Source: an uncultured Chloroflexia bacterium (GTDB lineage: Bacteria > Chloroflexota > Limnocylindria > Limnocylindrales > CSP1-4). From it: DNA of 64,000 bases. A model generated the notes under the pieces. It had not been told where the DNA came from, ran no database searches, and was given only the letters and a program-made list of their open reading frames with translations. The stretch lies in assembly GCA_963748625.1 (NCBI GenBank), contig CAVVJT010000004.1, forward strand, positions 160,001 to 224,000, read 5' to 3'. This document shows positions 19,133-27,694 of this stretch, one piece after another. Positions within the stretch are counted from its first letter, which is position 1. Each line of letters begins with the position of its first letter. The position numbers were made by a program, and so were the translations under genes.

Positions 19133-20365
19133 GTGTTCCAGGATCTCGACAGCACGACGGAGACAGCCCGACGGCACATGCCGCTCGCCGCGCGCCTGCG
19201 CCCGGCGACGCTCGCCGACGTCGTCGGCCAGCGGCACATCCTGGGTCCCGAGGGCCCCCTCACCCGCTGGATCGCCACCGGCCGCCTGCCGGCCCTCGTC
19301 CTGTGGGGCCCACCCGGGTCAGGCAAGACGACCCTCGGGCGCCTGCTCGCAGCCGAGCTGCACCTCGGCTACCTGACCCTCGACGCCACGGCCGAAGGCC
19401 TCCCCGACCTCCGCCGCCGCATGGCCGAGGCTGACACGATCCGCGCCACGTCCGGGCGCGCACCGATCCTGTTCGTGGACGAGCTCCACCGGCTCGCGAA
19501 GAACCAGCAGGACGGCCTGCTCGCAGCCGTGGAGAACGGGCGGATCACGCTCGTCGCCGCCACGACCGAGCCGCCGATGGCAGGCGCGGTGATCGCCCCC
19601 CTGCTGTCGCGGATGACCGTGCTGCGGCTGCAGCCCCTGTCCGAAGGCGACCTGGGCGTGCTCCTTGACCGGGGTCTCGCCGCCTATGCCGAGGAAGGCC
19701 GCGCGATCACGCCCGACGACGACGCGCGGCGAAACCTGCTGGGGCTGGCGGCCGGTGACGGGCGGCGCCTGCTCTCGCTGCTCGAGGGCGCGATCACGCT
19801 CCTCCCGCCCGATGCCGGGGTGCTCGATGCGCACGCCGTCATGGCGGCCGCACAGTCCAGGACAGCGCCGTACGACCGGTCGGGGGCGGTGTCGGCCATG
19901 ATCAAGTCGATCCGCGGCGGGGACGAGGAGGCCGCACTCTACTGGCTCGCGGTCCAGCTGGCCGCCGGCGACGATGGCCGCCACGCGGCGCGGCGCCTGG
20001 TCGTGGCCGCCGGCGAGGAGGTCGGTGCGGCCGATCCGATGGCCCTGCCGATGGCCGTGGCGGCCCTCGACGCCACCGAGCGGGTCGGCATGCCCGAGGC
20101 GCACTACCCGCTTGCCGCCACCGTGGCCTACCTGTGCCGGACAGGCCGCGACTGGTGGCCCGGGGCCGCGCTCCACCGGGCAGTGGAGCTGGTGCAGGCC
20201 GAAGGCCCGGACCCTGTCCCACCGCATCTGCGACCCGCAGCAAAGACCTATCGCCACCCGTCCGAGGAACCGCCGGAGAAGCATCGCCAGCAGTACCGCC
20301 CGAAGCGTCGCGATCCCGGCTTCCTGGGCGAACGGCCGATGCACCGGCCGCCCCGCGCCGACTGA
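19133..20365 (+). CDS. rarA: replication-associated recombination protein A (MgsA/RarA AAA+ ATPase)
   Basis: PLAARLRP, VGQRH, WGPPGSGKTT, DELHR, AATTE, SAMIKSIRG.D..AALYWLA, VGMPEA. Confidence 0.85.
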   Translation: MFQDLDSTTETARRHMPLAARLRPATLADVVGQRHILGPEGPLTRWIATGRLPALVLWGPPGSGKTTLGRLLAAELHLGYLTLDATAEGLPDLRRRMAEADTIRATSGRAPILFVDELHRLAKNQQDGLLAAVENGRITLVAATTEPPMAGAVIAPLLSRMTVLRLQPLSEGDLGVLLDRGLAAYAEEGRAITPDDDARRNLLGLAAGDGRRLLSLLEGAITLLPPDAGVLDAHAVMAAAQSRTAPYDRSGAVSAMIKSIRGGDEEAALYWLAVQLAAGDDGRHAARRLVVAAGEEVGAADPMALPMAVAALDATERVGMPEAHYPLAATVAYLCRTGRDWWPGAALHRAVELVQAEGPDPVPPHLRPAAKTYRHPSEEPPEKHRQQYRPKRRDPGFLGERPMHRPPRAD

Positions 20366-20382
20366 GAGCGAGAAGGGGGCGC

Positions 20383-21744
20383 ATGACCGCGATCCGGGCG
20401 ATGCTCGACAGCTTCCTTCCGCGGGGCGCCATCCTGCTGGGCGTCCTGACCTTCGCGAGCTACTTCGCGGGTCTCGTGCGCGATCGGATCTTCGCGCGCA
20501 CCTACGGCGCCGGCATTGATCTCGACGCCTACAACGCCGCCTTCGTCCTGCCCGAGCTCGCCCTCGACGTCCTCGTCGCGGCCGGGCTCACGGCGCCGTT
20601 CGTGCCCGTCTTCAGCTCGCTGCGCCGCGAGGGTCAGGATCCCGATGCCGCGTCGCGGTTCGCGCAGACCGTGCTCACGCTCGCGGTCCTGGTGATGGGG
20701 GCCACGAGCCTTGTCCTGCTGCTCATCGCACCGTGGACGGTGGAGGTCATCGCCCCGGGGTTCGACGAGGCCGCGACTGCGCGCTATCTCGAGCTGTTCC
20801 AGCTGATGCTAGCCACGCCGGTGATCTTCGCGGTCTCGATCACGCTGGGCGAGATCCTCATCGCCGAGCGCCGGTTCCTGTTCTATGCGCTGGCCCCGAT
20901 CCTCTACAACCTCGGCATCGTGGCCGGCACCCTTCTGTTCCACGAGCAGATCGGGATCAAGGCCGCGGCGGTCGGCGCCGTGATGGGCGCCCTGGCGCAC
21001 TTGGGCATCCGGCTCATCGGCATGATCCGGAGCAGCGTCCGCCTGCGGCCCAGGCTCGACCTGCGGACGGCGGCGCTCAAGGAGTTCATCCTGCTGATGC
21101 TGCCCAAGATGCTCAGCCACCCCATCGAGCCGCTGACGTTCATGTTCTTCACCGCGGTGGCCACCACGCTCGCCGCCGGCAGCGTGTCGTCGGTGTCCTT
21201 CGCCCGCAACTTCCAGAGCGTGCCTGTGGCGCTGATCGGCTCGTCCATCGCGCTGGCCGCCTTTCCCGCGCTGTCGGCGGCATGGGCCGCAGGCGACCGG
21301 GCGGGCTTCCGGCGCCAGGTGCGCACCAGTGCCATCACGATCGGGGTGTTCGCCACGGCCGCGGCCATCGGCCTCGCGATCGTGGGGGAGATGGCGATCT
21401 CCGTGCTGCTGGGCGGCGGCGCCTTCGACGCGGAGGACGTGGCCACCACGGCGGCCGTGCTCGCGGCATTCTGCCTTGCGGTCCCGTTCGACGCCATGGG
21501 CCACCTCGTCGCGCGGGGGTTGTACGCCACCCACAACACGATTCTCCCGGTCCTCGCCTCGATCACCGGGTTCGGCGTGACCGTGGCGGTGACACTGCTC
21601 CTCGTGGAGCCGGTGGGGATCGTCGCCATCCCGCTGGGCTTCGCGGCGGGAACGGCCGTGAAGGTGCTGCTCCAGGGCGCGGCGCTCACCTGGCGACTGG
21701 GGCGACCGCACCCCGAGGCGGGCGAACCGGGTGGCTGGGACTGA
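20383..21744 (+). CDS. murJ: lipid II flippase MurJ/MviN
   Basis: GLVRDRIFARTYGAG..DAYNAAF.LP, APFVPVF, many TM helices. Confidence 0.85.
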   Translation: MTAIRAMLDSFLPRGAILLGVLTFASYFAGLVRDRIFARTYGAGIDLDAYNAAFVLPELALDVLVAAGLTAPFVPVFSSLRREGQDPDAASRFAQTVLTLAVLVMGATSLVLLLIAPWTVEVIAPGFDEAATARYLELFQLMLATPVIFAVSITLGEILIAERRFLFYALAPILYNLGIVAGTLLFHEQIGIKAAAVGAVMGALAHLGIRLIGMIRSSVRLRPRLDLRTAALKEFILLMLPKMLSHPIEPLTFMFFTAVATTLAAGSVSSVSFARNFQSVPVALIGSSIALAAFPALSAAWAAGDRAGFRRQVRTSAITIGVFATAAAIGLAIVGEMAISVLLGGGAFDAEDVATTAAVLAAFCLAVPFDAMGHLVARGLYATHNTILPVLASITGFGVTVAVTLLLVEPVGIVAIPLGFAAGTAVKVLLQGAALTWRLGRPHPEAGEPGGWD

Positions 21745-21753
21745 GGCCCCGCC

Positions 21754-22668
21754 TTACGGGTTGCGCGGCTGCGTGGGCACGACGGCCACGAACTTCCCGT
21801 CACGCGTGGGGTAGCTGCCCTCCGGGCGCTCCCACGGCAGGTAGTTGCGGCGCATCTCATCGGCGTCCTGGAACGTGCCGGGCGGATCCGACGGACCCCA
21901 GATGGAGGACACCCTCGGGTACCAGGGATCAAGGATGTACGTGCCCGAGATCCTCGCGTCATCGAAGAGGAGTGGATCCGCATCGGCCTTGAAGCCGGTC
22001 ATCACCCACGTGTGGGCGCCACGCCAGGTGAGCAGCACCGCAGGTGCGCGGTAGAGCTGGATCGCCTTCGCGGCGTCGTGGAGCGCCTGCTGGCGGGTGT
22101 CGTAGACGCGGACCTTGTAGCCCTCCACGCCGTAGGCCTCGAGCGCCTTGGCGATCGCCGCCGGACCCCAGTCCCCGTTCTTGCTGTCCCGCCGGCTCTC
22201 CCACTCCCCGATACGCGAGGCGAGCTCCTTCTGGAACGCATCGGTGAGGGGCGCCGCATCATGTGCCGCAAGGACCATCTGCGTGCCGGCGACCGCGCAC
22301 CACTCGTGGTCGAGCTCGCTGATGAAGCGCTTCGCGGGATTCTTGTACAGGTCCACATCCACGGGCTTGCGCTCGGGCGGCGGCGTGGGCTGGGGCGTGG
22401 GGGCGGGCGTCTGCCCGGGTGCGAGCGTCGGGGTGGCGTCGGGCACGGCCGACGGGGGTGGCGTGACGACCTCCTCCTCGTCGAGGGGCCGGTCAGGCGG
22501 CGGGTTCAGGGCGAGGTCGATCCTCCTGACCAGCGACTCGGCGCGATCACCCATCCCGAAGGCGTTGGTGACCAGGACGGTCCCCGCCAGGACGGAGCCC
22601 GCCAGCAGCACCAGCACAATGCCGCCGAGCAAGGGACCGGGACGTCGGGGGCGGGAGCGGGTGGACAC
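21754..22668 (-). CDS. membrane-anchored protein with peptidase C39-like papain fold
   Basis: N-terminal TM, Pro/Thr linker, WCAVAGTQM...HTWVMTG...LDPW giving a Cys-His-Asp arrangement. Confidence 0.55.
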   Translation of the reverse strand: MSTRSRPRRPGPLLGGIVLVLLAGSVLAGTVLVTNAFGMGDRAESLVRRIDLALNPPPDRPLDEEEVVTPPPSAVPDATPTLAPGQTPAPTPQPTPPPERKPVDVDLYKNPAKRFISELDHEWCAVAGTQMVLAAHDAAPLTDAFQKELASRIGEWESRRDSKNGDWGPAAIAKALEAYGVEGYKVRVYDTRQQALHDAAKAIQLYRAPAVLLTWRGAHTWVMTGFKADADPLLFDDARISGTYILDPWYPRVSSIWGPSDPPGTFQDADEMRRNYLPWERPEGSYPTRDGKFVAVVPTQPRNP

Positions 22669-22730
22669 GGCTACTCCTGGCTGCGGTCGAGCAAGGACGC
22701 CCGGGCCGGAGCCTGTGCGACGCGGCCGGG

Positions 22731-23030
22731 TCAGCCGGCCTTCGGGGCGCCCCGGGCCGGCAACGGGCCGGTCGAGATGTAGATGGTCCGGCCGCGGATC
22801 GCCATGCTCGTGCCGGGCCGATGGCGGGCGATGGCCCGCTTCACGGCGAGGCGCATCGTGGGCACCTTCTCAGCGGGGTCGAGCTCGAGCGCCAGGACCT
22901 GGTCGTCGCTCTTGAGGGAGTCGAGCGCCTCGCAGATCTCCTCCTCGCGCTGCATGGCGGCGAGCTGGCGGGCGGAGAGGGCGCGCTGGGCGGGTGCGAG
23001 CTCCTCGATCTTCGCGGGGCGAATGCGCAT
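22731..23030 (-). CDS. small hypothetical protein (99 aa)
   Basis: AGGAG RBS before MRIRPAKIEE; typical codon usage. Confidence 0.6.
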   Translation of the reverse strand: MRIRPAKIEELAPAQRALSARQLAAMQREEEICEALDSLKSDDQVLALELDPAEKVPTMRLAVKRAIARHRPGTSMAIRGRTIYISTGPLPARGAPKAG

Positions 23031-23237
23031 CTGGGGCTCCTGGAGGTGACCGGTCACTGATCTGTGGCGCGATGATGCCACGCCGGAGTCGCCACTGGGC
23101 ACATGAGCTCCCGGCAAGGTTGCGCTTCGCATGCCGTTGGGAGACCACGCGGCTGCGGGGTACGCAGGCGGGCGACGGCGCTCTATGCTCTGCGCCATCG
23201 AGGACGGGCGCGCTGGCGCCCGCTAGGGAGGTCACAG

Positions 23238-24005
23238 ATGACGGATCCCACCGGGGGCGTTCCGAACCAGGGTGCGCCGGTCCCGCCGCCCGCCGCGCCG
23301 GTCCCGCCGGTCGCGCCGGTCCCGCCGCCGGTCCAGGGTGGCTACGAGGCGCCGCCGCCTGTCCAGGGTGGCTACCAGGCGCCGCCGCCCGTCGCGCCGG
23401 TGCCGCCGCCCGTCGCGCCGGTGCCGCCGCCTGTCCAGGGCGGCTTCCAGGCGCCGCCGCAGGGTGCGCCCACCTACGCCGCGCCGCAGTTCCAGCAGGC
23501 CCCCGTGGCCGCAGGCCCGGCACCGGGCATCGCCTACGCGGACATCGTGCCCAGGATCATCGCCCTCGTCATCGACGGCCTGATCCTGTTCATCCCGTTC
23601 TTCGTCATCTCGGCGGTCCTCGGCGCCATCCTGGGCGGCTTCGGCGCATTCCTTGCCTCGCTGGCGCTCGCTGCGGCATCCGCCGGCTACTTCGTCTACA
23701 CCTGGACGACGATGCGGGCGACCTACGGCCAGAAGTTCCAGAAGCTCGAGTGCGTCAGTGCCGCCGACGGCGCCACGCTCACCCAGCCGCAGGCGATCCG
23801 GCGCTGGGCCTTCCTGTTCGGCCCCAATGCACTGGTCACCGTAATCGCGAACTTCCCGATCTGGGCGATCGCGGCCCTCGGGTCCCTGCTGGGCCTCGTC
23901 GCGTTCGGCTACGCGATCTACCTGCTGTGGACAACGTCCCAGAGCCAGAAGCGCCAGGGGTTCCACGACCTGCAGGCGGGCACGGTGGTTGTCAAGCACA
24001 TCTAG
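23238..24005 (+). CDS. RDD-family membrane protein with Pro-rich repetitive N-terminus
   Basis: RIIALVIDG...TYGQK...KRQGFHDLQAGTVVV RDD motifs; GGAGG RBS; TATGCT -10-like box. Confidence 0.85.
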   Translation: MTDPTGGVPNQGAPVPPPAAPVPPVAPVPPPVQGGYEAPPPVQGGYQAPPPVAPVPPPVAPVPPPVQGGFQAPPQGAPTYAAPQFQQAPVAAGPAPGIAYADIVPRIIALVIDGLILFIPFFVISAVLGAILGGFGAFLASLALAAASAGYFVYTWTTMRATYGQKFQKLECVSAADGATLTQPQAIRRWAFLFGPNALVTVIANFPIWAIAALGSLLGLVAFGYAIYLLWTTSQSQKRQGFHDLQAGTVVVKHI

Positions 24006-24188
24006 CACACCACCCGAACAGCGCAACGCCGAGAACGGGGCCGGGCAACCGGTCCCGTTCTCGATTCCGCGGGACGGGCCGGCCGGACGTCAGGCCGTTC
24101 GGCCACACCGAGCGCTTTCGACAGGGAGGCCATGTCCCGCGCGACCGGGGCGAGCAGCACGACAGGCGATCGGCCAGTACGACCCCTC

Positions 24189-24250
24189 GGCGCCCGGTGG
24201 CGCCTGGTGGCGCCCGGTGGCGCCCCAGGCGCCCCAGCGGCGCCCCAGGC
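24189..24250. repeat. short tandem array of GGCGCC-containing 9-11 bp units
   Basis: GGCGCCYGGT x3 followed by GGCGCCCCA x3 between convergent genes. Confidence 0.8.
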
Positions 24251-24388
24251 ATTGGGGAATTGCGAGGCTCCACGCTGGGCTGGAGGCCCAGACTGTCGAT
24301 CCGTGGGTTGATCCTTGTGGGCCGCGGCCCGTTTCACCCCCTGGCTGGGGGGACAGCCCCGGCCGGGGCAGCGACTCCGCACCACTCC

Positions 24389-24802
24389 CTACGGCTCGAA
24401 GTCCAACGCCCGCACGTGGCGGGGCCGGAACACCGCCAGCGGCCGCCGGTCGAAACTGGCCACCCGCCGGACCTCGAGCCGCTCCGCGGTCGCGACCAGC
24501 AGCGCGTCCGCCAGGCGCGGCTTGTGCTCGGCCGCCTCGCGCATCAGTGCCTGGGCCCGCACGAGGTCATCCCGCGTGGGCGCCACAAGCCGGATCGCGT
24601 CCGAGACAAGCGCGCTCACGAGGGCCTCGGATGCGCGGGCGCCGAGCTCACGCTGGAGGAGCAGGTCGAGCTCGGCCAGCCCAAGCGCCCCCAGCAGCAG
24701 CGGCTCATCGGCCCTCGCGAACCAGGCGACCGCTGCAGCGTGGTTGAGATCCGCCGCGTCCGCCGCCGCCAGCACTGCCGACGGGTCCAGGAGGATCGCC
24801 AC
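24389..24802 (-). CDS. vapC: PIN-domain toxin (VapC family)
   Basis: ILLDPS N-terminus, conserved E, LADALLVATAE, ASFDRR. Confidence 0.85.
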   Translation of the reverse strand: MAILLDPSAVLAAADAADLNHAAAVAWFARADEPLLLGALGLAELDLLLQRELGARASEALVSALVSDAIRLVAPTRDDLVRAQALMREAAEHKPRLADALLVATAERLEVRRVASFDRRPLAVFRPRHVRALDFEP

Positions 24803-25050
24803 TACCGCTCCCCTGCCCTGCGCCCGGCCTCACGGCGCACGATCGAGCGCCCGTCGAGCGAGAGCCGCCCGTGCGTCGACCGGCCGATGGCGAGGAACGG
24901 GAACTGCGGCGGGACCTCGTGCTCGGCGAGCCACGCCTCGATCGACTCGGTGATCACCGCGGTCTTCGTGCGTCCTTCGCGTCGGACGTGGCGGTCAAGC
25001 CGCTCCAGCAGGTCGGCATCGATGAGGATGGTCGTGCGAACGGTTGGCAT
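24802..25050 (-). CDS. vapB: ribbon-helix-helix antitoxin (VapB/CopG family)
   Basis: VRTTILIDADLLERL...GRTKTAVITESIEAWL RHH pattern; overlaps the vapC start. Confidence 0.82.
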   Translation of the reverse strand: MPTVRTTILIDADLLERLDRHVRREGRTKTAVITESIEAWLAEHEVPPQFPFLAIGRSTHGRLSLDGRSIVRREAGRRAGER

Positions 25051-25062
25051 ATGACGTCATAT
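25049..25062. promoter_or_regulatory. perfect 14-bp palindrome ATATGACGTCATAT, probable vapBC operator
   Basis: AT-rich perfect inverted repeat abutting the vapB start codon. Confidence 0.6.
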
Positions 25063-25148
25063 ATACCTCGATGGACGATCGCCTGCCACCTCGGGCACCA
25101 TGCGCGTCTCGCTCCCCGCCCCGACAACACCTGGAGACCCCCGTCCCG

Positions 25149-26732
25149 ATGAAGATCCTGGCCGTCGAGCCCATCTCCGCCGAAGGCCTCGAGATCCTGC
25201 GTCGTCATCACGAGGTCGACGAGCGACTCGGCCTCGCGAAGGAGCAGCTCCTCGAGATCATCCCCGAGTACGACGCCCTGGTCGTCCGCAGCCAGGTCAG
25301 GGCCGACGCGGATGTGATCGCGGCGGGCACCCGGCTCGTGGTCATCGGGCGGGCGGGCGTCGGCGTGGACAACGTGGACCTCGAGGCGGCAACGAAGGCG
25401 GGCGTCACGGTCGTCAACGCGCCGACCGGCAACACGATCGCCGCCGCCGAGCACACGCTTGCCCTCATGTTCGGCCTCGCCCGGCACATCGCGCCCGCCG
25501 ATGCCTCGATGCGCCGGGGCGAGTGGAAGCGGAGCACGTTCACCGGCACCGAGCTGCGCGGCAAGACACTGGCCATCGTGGGGCTGGGCAAGATCGGCCA
25601 GGCCATCGCCAAGCGTGCCCGCGCCATGGAGATGGTGGTCATCGGATCGGACCCGTTCGTGACCGCAGACCAGGCCGCGACGTTCGGCGTGGAGCTGGTC
25701 ACGTTCGAGGAGCTGGTCCCGCGCGCCGACCTCATCACTGTCCACGTGCCCAAGACCCGCGCGACGGCGGGCCTCATCAACGCCGACGTCATCGGGCGGA
25801 TGAAGTCCAACGTGATGCTGTTCAATGTCGCGCGGGGCGGCGTGGTGGACGAGCAGGCCGTGGCCGACGCGCTCAAAGCCGGCCGGATCGCGGGCGCCGC
25901 CTTCGACGTCTTCGACGCCGAGCCACCGACGGGCTCGCCGCTGTTCAACGCGCCGAACACGCTCCTCACACCCCATCTCGGCGCGTCCACGGCCGAGGCC
26001 CAGGTCGCCGTGGCTGTCGAGGTGGCCGAGCAGGTCCTCGAGGTCCTCGACGGGCGCTCCGCCCGGTACGCCGTCAATGCCCCGCTTCTGACGCCCGAGA
26101 CGGCCCAGGCGATCGCGCCGTACCTGCCGCTCGCGGAGACCCTGGGCTCGGTTCTGGCGCAGCTCGCCCGGACCGCGCCCAAGACGCTCACGGTGGAGAT
26201 CGCCGGCGAGCCCGCCGCCTACGACGCGTCGTCGCTGGTGGCTGCCGTGCTGCGCGGCCTGCTCGAGACCACGACGACGGACCGCGTCAACCTGATCAAT
26301 GCGGCCACCCAGGCCAAGGCCCGCGGGATCACCGTGGTGGAGCGCAAGACCCCGGACGCCGGCGACTACAGCTCGCTGCTCACCGTCACCGCGGAGACGG
26401 ATGGCGGCCCGGTCTCGGTCGCAGGGATCGTGGCGCTCGGCGAGCCCCGGATCGTGCGCCTGCACGGGCTGAAGATGGACCTCGCACCGGCCGAGGTGAT
26501 GCTCATCTCGCACCACCACGACCAGCCGGGCCTGGTGGGCCGCGTCGGCGCGCTGCTCGGCACCGCGGACGTCAACATCAGCTCGATGACGCTCGCCCGA
26601 TCGGCGCCGCGGGGCGACGCCTTCATGGTGCTCTGCCTCGATGATGTGCCGCCGGTGACGCTGGTGGACGACATCAACGCCGTCGAGGGGATGGTCGACA
26701 CCTGGCTCGTGCGGCTGGGCGCCAGCCGGTGA
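25149..26732 (+). CDS. serA: D-3-phosphoglycerate dehydrogenase with C-terminal ACT domain
   Basis: [38 protein letters not shown]-terminal DQPGLVG...NIS ACT. Confidence 0.93.
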   Translation: MKILAVEPISAEGLEILRRHHEVDERLGLAKEQLLEIIPEYDALVVRSQVRADADVIAAGTRLVVIGRAGVGVDNVDLEAATKAGVTVVNAPTGNTIAAAEHTLALMFGLARHIAPADASMRRGEWKRSTFTGTELRGKTLAIVGLGKIGQAIAKRARAMEMVVIGSDPFVTADQAATFGVELVTFEELVPRADLITVHVPKTRATAGLINADVIGRMKSNVMLFNVARGGVVDEQAVADALKAGRIAGAAFDVFDAEPPTGSPLFNAPNTLLTPHLGASTAEAQVAVAVEVAEQVLEVLDGRSARYAVNAPLLTPETAQAIAPYLPLAETLGSVLAQLARTAPKTLTVEIAGEPAAYDASSLVAAVLRGLLETTTTDRVNLINAATQAKARGITVVERKTPDAGDYSSLLTVTAETDGGPVSVAGIVALGEPRIVRLHGLKMDLAPAEVMLISHHHDQPGLVGRVGALLGTADVNISSMTLARSAPRGDAFMVLCLDDVPPVTLVDDINAVEGMVDTWLVRLGASR

Positions 26733-27607
26733 CGGGCGGGCCAATCGACCCGGGAGGGCCGCTGGACCCGGGCGGGCCGCTGATCCCCGACGGCCTCGAC
26801 GCGACGCTCGTCCTGCTCCGGCACGGTGAGTCGGAGTGGATCCGCGAGAACCGCTTCCAGGGACAGGGGGAGACGCCGCTGTCCGAGATGGGGCGCCGCC
26901 AGGCGGCCCTGGCCGGAGCGCGGCTCGCGCATCCGCATGCCGTGCCGCCGCTCCCGCTCCCAGCCGGGCTGCCAGTGGAGATCGTGCACTCGCCGTTGGG
27001 TCGTACCACGGAGACCGCACAGGCCGTCGCCGACGCGATCACCGACACCGTCACCGGGGCCGCGGCGCCCGGCGTGACCCTGCCCGTACTGCGCGCGGAT
27101 GGGGGCCTCCTCGAGATCGGCCAGGGCGGGTGGGAGGGTGTCGAGCACGACGAGATCGCACGCCGCTGGCGTGGCGAGCTGTCGGCCTGGCGGGCCACGC
27201 CCTGGTCGCACGTCGCGCCCGGCGGTGAGACCCTCCAGCAGGTGCAGGCCCGGCTCCGGCCAGCCCTCGCAGGAATCCTGGAACACCTCGGGCGCGACTA
27301 CCCGCGGGGCTCCTTCGACCGCCCCCAGGTCAGCGGCTACCCGGGGGTCAACCCGCATGCGAGCCAGCCCTGGTCGATCCTCGTGGGCCATGACGGGGTG
27401 TTCAAGGTCGCGATGCTCACGCTCTTCGACCTCCCACTCGAGCGGTTCTGGATGTTCACGATGGGCCTCACGGGCATCACGATCGTGGAGATCCGCGGCG
27501 GCCGGCCGGTCGTGCGTGCAGCAAACCTCACCGACCATCTCGCGCCGCTGCACGATGAGGCAGCCCAGGCCAAGGCGGACGAGCGGGGGCGAAGGGGCGC
27601 CCTGTAG
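26729..27607 (+). CDS. histidine phosphatase family protein (possible PspA-type phosphoserine phosphatase)
   Basis: [37 protein letters not shown]; GTGA overlap with serA. Confidence 0.85.
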   Translation: MTGGPIDPGGPLDPGGPLIPDGLDATLVLLRHGESEWIRENRFQGQGETPLSEMGRRQAALAGARLAHPHAVPPLPLPAGLPVEIVHSPLGRTTETAQAVADAITDTVTGAAAPGVTLPVLRADGGLLEIGQGGWEGVEHDEIARRWRGELSAWRATPWSHVAPGGETLQQVQARLRPALAGILEHLGRDYPRGSFDRPQVSGYPGVNPHASQPWSILVGHDGVFKVAMLTLFDLPLERFWMFTMGLTGITIVEIRGGRPVVRAANLTDHLAPLHDEAAQAKADERGRRGAL

Positions 27608-27623
27608 ACCGTGCCGGCACGAA

Positions 27624-27680
27624 TGCCGGGCGCCACGCGTGCCGGGCGCCACGCGTGCCGGGCGCCACGCGTGCCGGGCG
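27624..27680. repeat. 16-bp tandem repeat TGCCGGGCGCCACGCG x3.5
   Basis: three perfect copies at 27624, 27640 and 27656 plus a partial copy at 27672. Confidence 0.9.
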
Positions 27681-27694
27681 ATGGGGCCTGGAGG

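Noticed and set aside
27624-27680. Possible CRISPR array (also considered for 24189-24250 and 38340-38850)
   Set aside because: Repeats are contiguous with no unique spacers, too short or coding, and no cas genes are present
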